From IMG/VR virus record IMGVR_UViG_3300028887_000078: DNA of 64,000 nt. The stretch is one strand, 5' to 3'. Source of the DNA: a virus (taxonomy: Duplodnaviria; Caudoviricetes). The notes below the pieces were generated by a model, which saw only the letters and a program-made list of their open reading frames with translations, did not search any database and was not told the DNA's origin. The stretch's first letter is position 1. Every line of letters starts with the position of its first letter. Positions 38,912 through 48,250 of this stretch are shown here, one piece after another. Both the position numbers and the translations under genes were made by a program.

Positions 38912-39310
38912 ATGATAAGCGACAACAACATATTGAAAGACTGCTGCTTCAAAACGAATGAAAACGGGGCGTACTTCAGCATACAAGGGTGCAGAGTCCA
39001 TTTCTTTTTCTCCGTCGCACCTCCAAGTCTTATGACCGCCGACGAATTTATCAAAAAGCTGCAAGACAGGATTTGCACAGGAAACAACCAAGTGATGATT
39101 TCCGAAAGTGAGCAGGAAGGTACGGTGGATGAGGTTTACGAGTGTTACGACGGGACGGTTCTGATTGTTGGAAGCATCCATTTCGACAATTATGCGTTTG
39201 CTTACAAGGCATACGAGACATTGGAGAATAGTTTTGGCAAGCATCCGCCTGTCGCGACCTGCATAGAAAAACTCGACGGACTTTGCTGCGTCATTTTGAA
39301 ACAAGATTGA
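38912..39310 (+). CDS. MISD-subfamily protein (MISDNNILK)
   Basis: Motif. Confidence 0.85.
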   Translation: MISDNNILKDCCFKTNENGAYFSIQGCRVHFFFSVAPPSLMTADEFIKKLQDRICTGNNQVMISESEQEGTVDEVYECYDGTVLIVGSIHFDNYAFAYKAYETLENSFGKHPPVATCIEKLDGLCCVILKQD

Positions 39311-39320
39311 ACAACAACCG

Positions 39321-39728
39321 ATGATAAGCGACAACAACATATTGAAAGGCAGTTGCAGTTTCCACGAAAAGGGAAGCGAAATCCATTTTTGGACAGTCAA
39401 CGGTTCCGTCGGGTTCCATATTTTCGTGACCGATATGCAGCATCAAGGTATGACGCTCTCGGAGTTCAACCGAAAGATGAACGTCCTTCTGAAAGAGGGT
39501 CGAGACGAAATCGTTATCGGGGACATAAGAAACGGAACGGTCGTGAATGTCTTTACATACACGATGCCTGGGGGGACGCTCTGCGTCCTGATTGAGGGTG
39601 TATGGTTATGCACTACGGAAAGCGAACGCGCGAAAATATACAACTACCTGTCAGACGAGTTCGGCGAAAGAAAACCAACGGTATGGTGTATCGAGAACAT
39701 TGCGAATATTTGCGCGACATTGGTATAA
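39321..39728 (+). CDS. MISD-subfamily protein (MISDNNILK)
   Basis: Motif. Confidence 0.85.
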   Translation: MISDNNILKGSCSFHEKGSEIHFWTVNGSVGFHIFVTDMQHQGMTLSEFNRKMNVLLKEGRDEIVIGDIRNGTVVNVFTYTMPGGTLCVLIEGVWLCTTESERAKIYNYLSDEFGERKPTVWCIENIANICATLV

Positions 39729-39739
39729 AACATAGAATT

Positions 39740-40195
39740 ATGATAAGCGACAGCAAGATTTTATCCAATTTGGTGAATGCGGACGACGGTTATGCACACA
39801 TAGATTATTGGGGTGATTTCGACGGAATGCGCATACGCTTCGAGGTGAGGGCGAAAAGGGTTTTCAGTTTCTGCGGAAATATGGTTGAATGTTCAGTATT
39901 TGATGGTTACAACAGCATACAGAACATCCTTTTGAAATCCAACGACACAATCAAGTTCGTGTCAGGCAAGGACGTCCGTCACGGAACGGTCGAGCAATGC
40001 GCGGTCATCAACGGGGAACTGCGCATAGTAGGGTATATGCGCGACGTGTGGTATTCTTATGATTCACACGGGTCGCGGATTGAGAAACACGTTGAAAGAT
40101 TTTCAAGGATTGTGGACTCCCTGAACACACATTCGTTTGTGTGCATACACGAGTTATTCTTTCCGAGTGAACACATAGAGGTGAAAAACATTTGA
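39740..40195 (+). CDS. MISD-subfamily protein (MISDSKIL)
   Basis: Motif start at ATG 39740. Confidence 0.8.
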   Translation: MISDSKILSNLVNADDGYAHIDYWGDFDGMRIRFEVRAKRVFSFCGNMVECSVFDGYNSIQNILLKSNDTIKFVSGKDVRHGTVEQCAVINGELRIVGYMRDVWYSYDSHGSRIEKHVERFSRIVDSLNTHSFVCIHELFFPSEHIEVKNI

Positions 40196-40200
40196 ATGTT

Positions 40201-40623
40201 ATGATAAGCGACAGCAAGACATTGAAATCCGCAATAGACTTCGACGAGCGTGTGGATTGGAGTTACAACGAGCAAACCTGCGACCTGTACATTTCCGTCA
40301 CCGTCAAAACGGCAAACGTTTCCTATGACATTCCAATCGGGGAATATGACCCTTTGTGTGAATGCAGGGAGTTGGTTTCCGAAGAGAACCCCCCGCCGCT
40401 CGTTTTCGGTGTCGTCACTGTTATAGTCGGCGAGGTGACGGACATATACGATTTCGGAAGTTGTCTTGTCATAAAAGGCGTGCTGCCGAACGTGAATCCC
40501 CGTTCAAGGATTGCGTTCCACATAGATGACCTGAACAAAAACGGTTTCAACGTTGTCATACGCAAATACATAGGTCGCCGAGCATACAGGTTCGACATAC
40601 TTGAACGAAAGGAAACTATATGA
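40201..40623 (+). CDS. MISD-subfamily protein (MISDSKTLK)
   Basis: Motif start at ATG 40201. Confidence 0.8.
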   Translation: MISDSKTLKSAIDFDERVDWSYNEQTCDLYISVTVKTANVSYDIPIGEYDPLCECRELVSEENPPPLVFGVVTVIVGEVTDIYDFGSCLVIKGVLPNVNPRSRIAFHIDDLNKNGFNVVIRKYIGRRAYRFDILERKETI

Positions 40624-41096
40624 GATTGAGTGAAACGAAAAATATATCGGCAGGCAAATTTTGCGGTGTCGTCGTGATTCCTTCTGAAAAATACAAGGAC
40701 ACATTTGATTTGTATGTCACTGTGAGAACTGTTCTTGCCTATGGTCGCCGTGTCGAAATGGAATCGGCATACCACATTCTGCAAGATATGATTGCCAAAA
40801 AAGACAATGTCTTTGACATCATTGGGGAGTTTGTGAATGACAGCAGGAAACCGACAATCAGACATCTGCTGCACGGAAAGTTTGACTTTGTGTCATTGTC
40901 GAAGGACGACAACACCGACAATGGTTCAATATGCGTTCACGGAATTTTAAGAAGTCCTGACCTTGACGCTTTGTACGGGTGTGTGGACAAGTTCAGTTCG
41001 GAAGAGGTACAAATGTCGCTTGTCCATAGAATACCGAAACTGCCGAACCCTGTCGGAGGGTTCTGCGGAATTGTGTTTGATTCCTATAACAGGTAA
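40620..41096 (+). CDS. MRISE-motif protein (MRLSET) with MISD-type body
   Basis: Motif; DLYVTVRT resembles DLYISVTVKT of the upstream gene. Confidence 0.8.
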   Translation: MRLSETKNISAGKFCGVVVIPSEKYKDTFDLYVTVRTVLAYGRRVEMESAYHILQDMIAKKDNVFDIIGEFVNDSRKPTIRHLLHGKFDFVSLSKDDNTDNGSICVHGILRSPDLDALYGCVDKFSSEEVQMSLVHRIPKLPNPVGGFCGIVFDSYNR

Positions 41097-41147
41097 ATAT
41101 CGGGAACCCCACTATAAAATGGAATGGACACGGAAATCAAAAACAAA

Positions 41148-41172
41148 CGGAATTGTCTCATTTTAATCTTGT
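41148..41172. repeat. Solo IS1595-like left end
   Basis: CGGAATTGTCTCATTTTAATCTTGT; no partner end found. Confidence 0.6.
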
Positions 41173-41191
41173 TATATATTCTCTCTTATAT

Positions 41192-41225
41192 AAAAAACGC
41201 AGGCGGTTACCTGCGTTTTTTTTTT
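41192..41225. terminator. Bidirectional terminator
   Basis: AAAAAACGCAGG-CGGTTA-CCTGCGTTTTT. Confidence 0.85.
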
Positions 41226-41275
41226 ATTTTTCAATAAACTGATACACAATCTAATCAAGTGTATGACAATCAAGT

Positions 41276-41803
41276 CTATGACACGAACAATTCGCCATTG
41301 ATGGTATTGATTACTTCAAGCGTGTCATTAAGGTCAATCGGTGAACTATCATCCGCATTCATTTTCATAACCATATTGTCTTTGTCAATCATACAGTCAT
41401 AGTCCTCCGAAGCAGCAAGTCTTTCGTCGCGACCCCAACTGTAATACACGCAATTCCCTTCCACGGTCTTGAACAAATCCTCTCCCGAATCCCCTATTTT
41501 GTTCACATAGTTCTCAATGTACTTGCAGATGGTGTCGGGGTCAAGTTTTCCGTCCACTCTCTCAAACATCATTTCGGGGACATCATCCTGAAGGTCTCTG
41601 TCCACAATTTCTTTATAGAGAATGCTTGCCTCCATCACATAACCTTTGTCAAGGCAAATCTTATAGTATGCCATAAGTTTTTCATCCGAACACGCTTTCA
41701 CGTTCTGCCTTCGCTGTCCTTTATGCCATTGCTCCATTTTGCTTGATTGGACACTCGCATTTGAGAGACTTGCCATCTCATCAATTTTCATTATATGCGT
41801 CAT
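41276..41803 (-). CDS. Protein with capsid-targeting-like N-terminus (MTHIMKIDEM)
   Basis: TATAAATA at 41830. Confidence 0.8.
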   Translation of the reverse strand: MTHIMKIDEMASLSNASVQSSKMEQWHKGQRRQNVKACSDEKLMAYYKICLDKGYVMEASILYKEIVDRDLQDDVPEMMFERVDGKLDPDTICKYIENYVNKIGDSGEDLFKTVEGNCVYYSWGRDERLAASEDYDCMIDKDNMVMKMNADDSSPIDLNDTLEVINTINGELFVS

Positions 41804-41843
41804 ATTCGTTTTGTATATTTTTCTGTTATTATTTATAGAAACT

Positions 41844-41862
41844 GATATATCGGCGATATATC
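41844..41862. promoter_or_regulatory. GATATATC-N3-GATATATC box
   Basis: Perfect copy, spacer GGC. Confidence 0.75.
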
Positions 41863-42310
41863 AGGCATTGGTTAGTTTGTGAATACTCTTGACGAACTCT
41901 TCCACTTCAAAATTCTTTGAATACAGAATACGGAACCTTTCTGCATAGAACCCGTTTTCAATCAAATATTCCTTGATTTCGTTTTTGAGCGTGTCGCACT
42001 TATTGGTCAGTTCATAGTCCACACCTCCTGCAAAAAACGCATTTGCGGAGTCGGTTTGCATCTGTATGATTTTTGAAAGGCGTTCCGACGGATTGGTCGC
42101 GTCATACAATATGAAAACATCATCGGTCAATGCTCTCATATATCGTGTGGTGTCCGTGTTGTTCACCGAACAATCCAACACATTGGTGCCGTATATGCAG
42201 TTCTTGTCATATATGACGGTCAGTCTGATTTCAATTTTTTCACGGAACTTGTCGCAGGCGGTTTCAAATTCGCTTTTTGCGCTTATGATGTTTGTTTCAG
42301 TCAGTTTCAT
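41861..42310 (-). CDS. MRISE-motif family protein (MKLTET)
   Basis: Motif; ORF track. Confidence 0.8.
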   Translation of the reverse strand: MKLTETNIISAKSEFETACDKFREKIEIRLTVIYDKNCIYGTNVLDCSVNNTDTTRYMRALTDDVFILYDATNPSERLSKIIQMQTDSANAFFAGGVDYELTNKCDTLKNEIKEYLIENGFYAERFRILYSKNFEVEEFVKSIHKLTNA

Positions 42311-42453
42311 TGTGACACATTCAGACTGCCTTCACTTGTACACAATACCGATGTCGGTATACCTTTTCATCGCCTTTTCCGTCGTGGTTTTGTCGAGCGG
42401 TGTCTCAAGACCGCACCAGTCGCAATTTATGACCGTTAGGTGTCTTATGCCCA

Positions 42454-43620
42454 TTACTTCCTGTATTGGGAGTCCCCGCTTCCAAGAATGACGACGGAGG
42501 CGTTGTTGCGAAGTTCATACAGGTTCCTGCTGTTCGTGTAGGACATACAGGAGCAGATGAACGATTTGATTTTCTCTGCAAGTTCGCTCACGCTGTACTT
42601 GACTTCGGTCGGTCTTGAAATTCCCTCCGCTGCAAAGTTGGAGTCCGAACCCATAATCCGCTTCGCTTTTTCGGAACCCATACCGAAGTATTCGCGGTAT
42701 AATTTCAGTGTGTTGTCCTTGTTTTGCGACAGACGGACATTCCCCTTCATAAATTCTTCCTCGTTAAGGGCAAATTTCGCCTCATACGCCGCCTCTTTGC
42801 ATTCATTGAACATCTTACCGCACATAACGGCGTCGGCGCCTAAAACCAGCGATTTTGTGATGTCGTCGAATGAGTTTATCCCACCGTCGGCGATGACACT
42901 CGTGATGTGTTTCGGTTTGAGGAGGAACTTTTGTCTTGTTTTGTTCTTCCGTTCCATCTTCTTTCGGATGGTGTTGATTTCGTCAAGCAGCGACGCCATA
43001 GGGTAGTGTACGCCTGTCGTGCAGGATGTCGTGCATCTGCTGCCCGTGCCGACAGAGACACGCACCCAATCAATCCCGTATTCGCAATAGTGTTTGTATG
43101 CGTTCGGATTGGCGATGTTGCCAGCCATAATCACGATGTGGTCGCCGAGTTGTCTTTTCAGTTCCTTGCATACATTGAACATCTTTCTCATAGTCCCCTG
43201 TGCGATGTCGATGCAGATGTGCACTTTCGAGCATTGGTGCTGCGTTGCACAGGAATAGAGTATGCGGCACTCTTCGGTAAGGTTTTTGATGTTGTTGTGC
43301 GTCATCCTTTCCGCTTCCTTGAGTGAGAATGAAACGAACGCATAGCGGGCGACGGATACCCTTGTTTGAAAGTCTTCGATGCTGTCGCTGTATGCGCTCC
43401 TCGGTATGACAGGTGTGAAATACGGTGTGAAATACTGCCAATTTTCACGGTCTATGACAGTAGCCATCGGCGCGACAAACACGGGCAGTTTCTCATCATA
43501 CTTGTTCAGAATTTCCGTTTTCGGATTGACGTCACACCTGCTGTCTATGTCCGAAATTTCCGCCTGCACTATTGCAACGTCCTTGAGTTCGTATCCAATT
43601 TTTGTCAGTTTGCTTTTCAT
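42454..43620 (-). CDS. IMP dehydrogenase / GMP reductase family protein
   Basis: PVFVAPM, CIDIAQG, MAGNIA, VGTGSRCTT, IADGGI, GADAVMCG, YFGMGS, AEG. Confidence 0.9.
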   Translation of the reverse strand: MKSKLTKIGYELKDVAIVQAEISDIDSRCDVNPKTEILNKYDEKLPVFVAPMATVIDRENWQYFTPYFTPVIPRSAYSDSIEDFQTRVSVARYAFVSFSLKEAERMTHNNIKNLTEECRILYSCATQHQCSKVHICIDIAQGTMRKMFNVCKELKRQLGDHIVIMAGNIANPNAYKHYCEYGIDWVRVSVGTGSRCTTSCTTGVHYPMASLLDEINTIRKKMERKNKTRQKFLLKPKHITSVIADGGINSFDDITKSLVLGADAVMCGKMFNECKEAAYEAKFALNEEEFMKGNVRLSQNKDNTLKLYREYFGMGSEKAKRIMGSDSNFAAEGISRPTEVKYSVSELAEKIKSFICSCMSYTNSRNLYELRNNASVVILGSGDSQYRK

Positions 43621-43639
43621 ATTGCCGATGATTTGTTTT

Positions 43640-43840
43640 CTATTCAAGGTGAAGAAGCACAATCAGACCGACTATCGCAAGGATTCCCACCGCTATTGCA
43701 ACGGGTATCCACAGGGGCGCGGTGACCCACCACCAAGACCAGTCGATGACGTGCGTCAGTTTGAGGATTAAGAACACGATGAACAGGACGGTTCCGAGCG
43801 AGAACCCGCTGCCTGTGACTTTTTTTTGTTCGTTATTCAT
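43640..43840 (-). CDS. Small two-TM membrane protein
   Basis: FLILKLTHVIDWSWWWVTAPLW. Confidence 0.75.
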   Translation of the reverse strand: MNNEQKKVTGSGFSLGTVLFIVFLILKLTHVIDWSWWWVTAPLWIPVAIAVGILAIVGLIVLLHLE

Positions 43841-43851
43841 ATCAATTCATT

Positions 43852-44034
43852 TTAATCGTTCTTGTATTTGCGTTCCATATTCGGCGCGAACAGGCATAGC
43901 AGCAACGCCCCTATGACAGACGCCCACCATCCGAAAAGCAGAAGGACGGACACCAAAAAAATCGCACCGCACCCCTTGTCGATGACGGCAAGGGGAGGTG
44001 CGAAGAATATAAGGAAAATTTGCAGAATGCTCAT
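43852..44034 (-). CDS. YqaE/Pmp3-family membrane proteolipid
   Basis: IFFAPPLAV..KGCG...LLLFGW...VIGA. Confidence 0.75.
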   Translation of the reverse strand: MSILQIFLIFFAPPLAVIDKGCGAIFLVSVLLLFGWWASVIGALLLCLFAPNMERKYKND

Positions 44035-44052
44035 TGCACGGAATTTTTCAAA

Positions 44053-45579
44053 CTATGCGAGTGTCACCTGTGCGTATCTCTCGGAGAGCAACACGTTCAG
44101 GAGGTTCTTCCACGGGTCGGTTTCCTCCGACAAAACCATCTTGCAGACCGCGGGTGAATAACCGCTGACAAGTGCCACTCCGAGTTCGTTCTCTTTCACG
44201 GGCACCACTCCCGTTCTTGAGTTGACGTTCCAAAACACGAGTTTTGGGAGTTTGTAACCCTTGTCTGCATACAGTTTCGCAATATGCTCAAAGAGGTTCA
44301 CGTCGGGTCTTGTGTATGAGCGGGTCTGATAGTCCCATTCCGTTGTGGCGGCGTCGAACTCCATATCGGACACGATGAGCAACTGACCCGGCATATCCTC
44401 CTGCTTCATATTGTTCGACACGGCGGTGTCGAGCAGAAGTTGGAACGTTTTCTGAATGTCCGTGTTGCTACACTCGTTGTAATGGCGGAGGAATGATTTT
44501 TTCTGCATAGTGGTCATATTCTCGCCAAACTCGACGAGTTGCGGCGTGCTGCTGAAGGTGATGAACTTGTTGTGGAACTCACCCGTCATACGCTCCGAGA
44601 AATAGACGCACAATGCGCTCGCCACGTCCAATGCGGTTGTGGTGCTGTTCGGAATGCGGGAGGTCATAGAACCCGAACCGTCTCGCACGACAAGGGTTTT
44701 GCAGTCACCCTTTACAAAGTCGGGAAGCGCCTTCCACATCGCCTCTGCGGTCGCGGTCTCATTGCCGAGCATTTTCCACACGTCGTGCGGGAACACTGCG
44801 GACGCGTTGATTTTCTTCTCTCCCTTGACGAGGGAATCGAGATATTCGTTGCGACGCTTTTCGTCATACTTGAGGAACAGTTTCGCATAGCGGGTGTTGG
44901 CGACGGAGGGAACCCTCTCGTAGTCAATCTCCGCATAGTTTTTCGTGGAGATGTTGGTCTCCACAATCTGAATCTTCTTGCGGAGTTCCGACAGGGACTT
45001 GCGGTAGGACGCCTCGTTCACAGTCACACCCGCCTTGTTCATCTCTCTGATGAGGGACTTTGCGAACGACTTTGACTTCTTGCCAGCATTCGGCGAGGGC
45101 ATCCATTTGCCCATAAGGGTCGGGGTTTCGCTCTCAAGGTCTTTGAGGAACTGCGAGGAAACGATTGTGACGATGTAGCGCTTCACCTTGTCGCTCTTGG
45201 TGTTGTAGAGAATATAGACGAGGTCGTCCCAACGTCCGTATTCGGGGATGAACTTCAGGAGTTTTACGGCGTCGTCCTCCGCGTTGTCGCAGAACCAAAG
45301 GAAAAGGTTTCGGAACGCGTTTCTTTCGCCCATACCGCCGCGCACGTCGCGGAGGTAGAAAAGGAACTTCACGAAAAGTTCGCGACTTTCGGCGTCCGCC
45401 TTTGCAAGCAGCATCTCCGTGTGCGTGTCAAGCGATGCTTTCGTGGCACGGAGTTGGGGTGCCTTGAACGAGAGGTCGAGGATGTTCCTGCCTGTCGTGC
45501 TGTACATCTTTGCACCGTTCTCGGAATAACAGACATTGTAGTCGCTGTTCAATAACTCTTTCTTGATTTCGTCAATCAT
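44053..45579 (-). CDS. TROVE/Ro60-like vWA protein (DUF2828-type)
   Basis: SENGA, YLRDVRGGMGER, PEYGRWDDL, KWMPS, MIDAS DGSGSM, SDMEFD, VFWNV. Confidence 0.88.
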   Translation of the reverse strand: MIDEIKKELLNSDYNVCYSENGAKMYSTTGRNILDLSFKAPQLRATKASLDTHTEMLLAKADAESRELFVKFLFYLRDVRGGMGERNAFRNLFLWFCDNAEDDAVKLLKFIPEYGRWDDLVYILYNTKSDKVKRYIVTIVSSQFLKDLESETPTLMGKWMPSPNAGKKSKSFAKSLIREMNKAGVTVNEASYRKSLSELRKKIQIVETNISTKNYAEIDYERVPSVANTRYAKLFLKYDEKRRNEYLDSLVKGEKKINASAVFPHDVWKMLGNETATAEAMWKALPDFVKGDCKTLVVRDGSGSMTSRIPNSTTTALDVASALCVYFSERMTGEFHNKFITFSSTPQLVEFGENMTTMQKKSFLRHYNECSNTDIQKTFQLLLDTAVSNNMKQEDMPGQLLIVSDMEFDAATTEWDYQTRSYTRPDVNLFEHIAKLYADKGYKLPKLVFWNVNSRTGVVPVKENELGVALVSGYSPAVCKMVLSEETDPWKNLLNVLLSERYAQVTLA

Positions 45580-45595
45580 TGTTTTTTGGTTTTAG

Positions 45596-45662
45596 GTTAC
45601 GAGAGGCGGTTGTCTGTGTTTTGCTGCGTGCCTCTCAAAAACGCAACTGTGGAAATCCCACA
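45596..45662 (-). ncRNA. Structured 5' leader of the TROVE/vWA gene
   Basis: Minus strand: TGTGG-GATTT-CCACA hairpin, then GTTGC..GAGAGGC-(ACGCAGCAAAACACAGACAACC)-GCCTCTC-GTAAC nested stem, between promoter motif 45664 and the ATG. Confidence 0.5.
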
Positions 45663-45887
45663 TTTGAATATAATAAAAAAAATCGAAAATTTGCATTTGT
45701 GGAAAAAAAATGGAATTATTCCCTTTAGTCTTGTAAACCAAATTCACAATAAGTTGAATTGGGAAACACATAGCAAACGCTTCACCTTTGTGGTGGAAAT
45801 GGTTTTGCTTTCATTGTGCGTAGATATGATATGGCAGATGGAGATGTTTCGGTTGTCGTATAAATAATGAAAATATGATTTGAAACT

Positions 45888-46220
45888 ATGGCGCACATTA
45901 AAAGAATTGATGAATTACAATTTTCTGCTTCATCAAATGCACTTGATAATCTAATAAAATTGGAAGACGTAGAACGTAACATTTCAGACTGGGTTTGGTT
46001 GACAGAGGAAAGAAAAAGGTCAAAGACATTTGAAAGTAATATGCGTAAACGAATGTTTGATGTTTATTTTGATTATGATTCACACGACATAACCTGTGTA
46101 GTTTTCTACGATAAGACGAGCAATCCAAATTATAAGAATCCAAAAATATTGAATGTTGACGGCGCTTCTGTTTCATTGGAAGATGTTATTGAAGAAATCA
46201 AGGTGCAGATGGGTTATTAA
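45888..46220 (+). CDS. Cassette cargo with capsid-targeting-like N-terminus (MAHIKRIDEL)
   Basis: TATAAATA at 45859; AT-rich; opposite strand to neighbours. Confidence 0.8.
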   Translation: MAHIKRIDELQFSASSNALDNLIKLEDVERNISDWVWLTEERKRSKTFESNMRKRMFDVYFDYDSHDITCVVFYDKTSNPNYKNPKILNVDGASVSLEDVIEEIKVQMGY

Positions 46221-46278
46221 AACGAAACAATTTTTACAAGATTAAAGGTATAATTCCGAAAAATTTTAATGTACAGAC

Positions 46279-46316
46279 AAAAAACGCAGGTGTATTGAAC
46301 CTGCGTTTTTGTTTTT
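46279..46316. terminator. Bidirectional terminator
   Basis: AAAAAACGCAGG-TGTATTGAA-CCTGCGTTTTT. Confidence 0.8.
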
Positions 46317-46347
46317 TACAAGACCAAAGGGGACAATTCCGAAAAAA

Positions 46348-46698
46348 TCAGATTACCTCGACGCTCTTGATTTCCGTCCGAATGAGTTTCTCATCGTTTT
46401 CCCTGCAATGGATTTTCATTATCAGGAAAACACGTTCCTTTAGCGCTATGAACAATGCGTCGTTGTTGCTGTCCGTCTTGTAGCGCTCGTACAGTTTTTG
46501 GAAGTTCCTGTCGGCGATGAAGTTTATGTTCGCGCATTTGACACTGCGTCCTGCGCTGTTCCTGAAACCGCACATATACTCGCACACTACGAGCATAGGT
46601 TTGCGTTCGGCGTCATTCGGGTTTCCAAGAGTCCCGCCGTCGATTTCCACCGCATTGCTTATCGCGGATGATATGTTCGCGCTTTCGGTTATTCTCAT
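46348..46698 (-). CDS. MRISE-motif family protein (MRITES)
   Basis: ATG 46698 by ATGA overlap. Confidence 0.8.
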   Translation of the reverse strand: MRITESANISSAISNAVEIDGGTLGNPNDAERKPMLVVCEYMCGFRNSAGRSVKCANINFIADRNFQKLYERYKTDSNNDALFIALKERVFLIMKIHCRENDEKLIRTEIKSVEVI

Positions 46699-47156
46699 AG
46701 TCTGATGTTGATTATTTCGTCTATGGTGTGTGTCTTGAAAAATTCCTTGCTTATGATTCTGACAGTCCCTATGAACAGGATGCACTTGTTGTTCAACGAT
46801 TCCGAACCCGATACAGAAAGGTATGCGTCCATTCTCTGCTGTGCGTTGGTGTATGCGTTAATCGAGATATTCTTGCCCGTTTCATCCGTGCTGTCCTTAA
46901 AATTCAAATATGTGTCATAGTATTCAGACGCTTTTGCTATGTGCCTGCTCATAGCGTTCTTGTGTGTATGCACGCAATACACAACCTTTTCGCAACCGTC
47001 TTTTTTTTCTGCGTTCAACGTGAATGCGACCGTTACCACAACGGTGTCGTAGAAGTCCAAAAAGTTGATTGCGCCGTCGTCGTCAATGTGGCATACGACA
47101 CAGCACTCATCCTTCAGGCAACCGTTTATGACATCTTTGTTTTCAGTCAGTCTCAT
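46695..47156 (-). CDS. MRISE-motif family protein (MRLTEN)
   Basis: Motif. Confidence 0.8.
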   Translation of the reverse strand: MRLTENKDVINGCLKDECCVVCHIDDDGAINFLDFYDTVVVTVAFTLNAEKKDGCEKVVYCVHTHKNAMSRHIAKASEYYDTYLNFKDSTDETGKNISINAYTNAQQRMDAYLSVSGSESLNNKCILFIGTVRIISKEFFKTHTIDEIINIRL

Positions 47157-47329
47157 AATTCATAGAAAAGTCTGTATGCCTCCCCGTTTCCGAGTGGGAC
47201 GATTGCGATGATATTCGGTTCCACACCGCCTCTCCGAAGTTCGTTCACAAATTCGCACAATGCGTCAGACGAACCGAAGTATTTTGTTTTCAGTTCCTTC
47301 TTTTCATTTTCGTAAATGCTGTTATCCAT
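47153..47329 (-). CDS. 58-aa hypothetical leader gene
   Basis: Manual translation MDNSIYENEKKELKTKYFGSSDALCEFVN...YRLFYEL; follows promoter motif 47340; ATGA overlap. Confidence 0.7.
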   Translation of the reverse strand: MDNSIYENEKKELKTKYFGSSDALCEFVNELRRGGVEPNIIAIVPLGNGEAYRLFYEL

Positions 47330-47359
47330 AGTCTTTTATTTGAATATAATGCTTTTTTC

Positions 47360-47378
47360 GATATATCGGCGATATATC
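47360..47378. promoter_or_regulatory. GATATATC-N3-GATATATC box
   Basis: Perfect copy 10 nt upstream of promoter motif 47340. Confidence 0.75.
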
Positions 47379-47391
47379 CGCGCAATTTCCG

Positions 47392-47802
47392 TCAATCGGC
47401 GACATCCTCGAACGTCAACTCATCGACAATGACTGCCGACACGTTTCTCTTGAACACCCTGTCCCATATATACTCCTCAAGTGCGTACCGCATAGCGAAC
47501 ACAATGGCGTCGTCGCCGCATCTTTCAGGGACGATGGTCTTCGTGCTGTATTTGAGAACACCGCTTATGTATCGGACATATATGTGTGACAATTCTCTCG
47601 ACATCTTGTTTGGCGTTGCCGCGCAATATATGATTGCATCCCAATTTTCAATCAGTGTCGTTTGTGTTTCTTTGTCATTCAGCACAACCTTGAATTTCAC
47701 ATAGAGTTGTTTGCCGAAGTCTCCTGTGTCGATGTACATCGTGGTTATCCTTCCTCCGTCTATGCTTTTTTTCACATTGTTTTCGCTGTCGCTTATCCTC
47801 AT
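47392..47802 (-). CDS. MRISE-motif family protein (MRISDS)
   Basis: Motif. Confidence 0.82.
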   Translation of the reverse strand: MRISDSENNVKKSIDGGRITTMYIDTGDFGKQLYVKFKVVLNDKETQTTLIENWDAIIYCAATPNKMSRELSHIYVRYISGVLKYSTKTIVPERCGDDAIVFAMRYALEEYIWDRVFKRNVSAVIVDELTFEDVAD

Positions 47803-47842
47803 AACTGCATTTTTATTTTGAAATGTTTTGGGAAAGAAGGGA

Positions 47843-48250
47843 TTATGTTTTCATAAGTATGTCGATGTCCTTCGGTGCGACCACGCGGTAACCGTTCGCC
47901 ACGATTCCGTCATAGGGGGTGTTGCATTGGAGGTATTCGGAAAGGATTTCCAAGAGTCTGCGTTTTACCGAGTCCTGATTCTGTTTCAAGACGTTGAAAT
48001 ACTGCTTGTGCAACTCCAACACTATCTTGAGTGACTCGCTCATACGTTCGTCCGCAAGATACCACAAGCGCAGGTCGAATGTCTTTCCACGCCACTCGCA
48101 ACGCGTCTCGATGCACCAAAGGTCTTCGCAGGGCACGTTTTTTTCCGCAACTTCCAACGTACGCAACCAAGTGTCCAAATTGTCGTATGTGTTGCGGGTG
48201 CCGTCAAGAAGCGCCTCTTTCAAATGTTCAGGGGATTCGGTTATTCGCAT
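47843..48250 (-). CDS. MRISE-motif family protein (MRITESPEHLK)
   Basis: Motif; related to 49152..49628. Confidence 0.82.
   Translation of the reverse strand: MRITESPEHLKEALLDGTRNTYDNLDTWLRTLEVAEKNVPCEDLWCIETRCEWRGKTFDLRLWYLADERMSESLKIVLELHKQYFNVLKQNQDSVKRRLLEILSEYLQCNTPYDGIVANGYRVVAPKDIDILMKT

Larger units (their letters stand above)
45711..46341. mobile_element. Non-autonomous IS1595-like cassette C (two right ends)
   Basis: Left TGGAATTATTCCCTTTAGTCTTGTA; right ends 46235-46258 and 46317-46341; A-tracts on both flanks. Confidence 0.75.
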
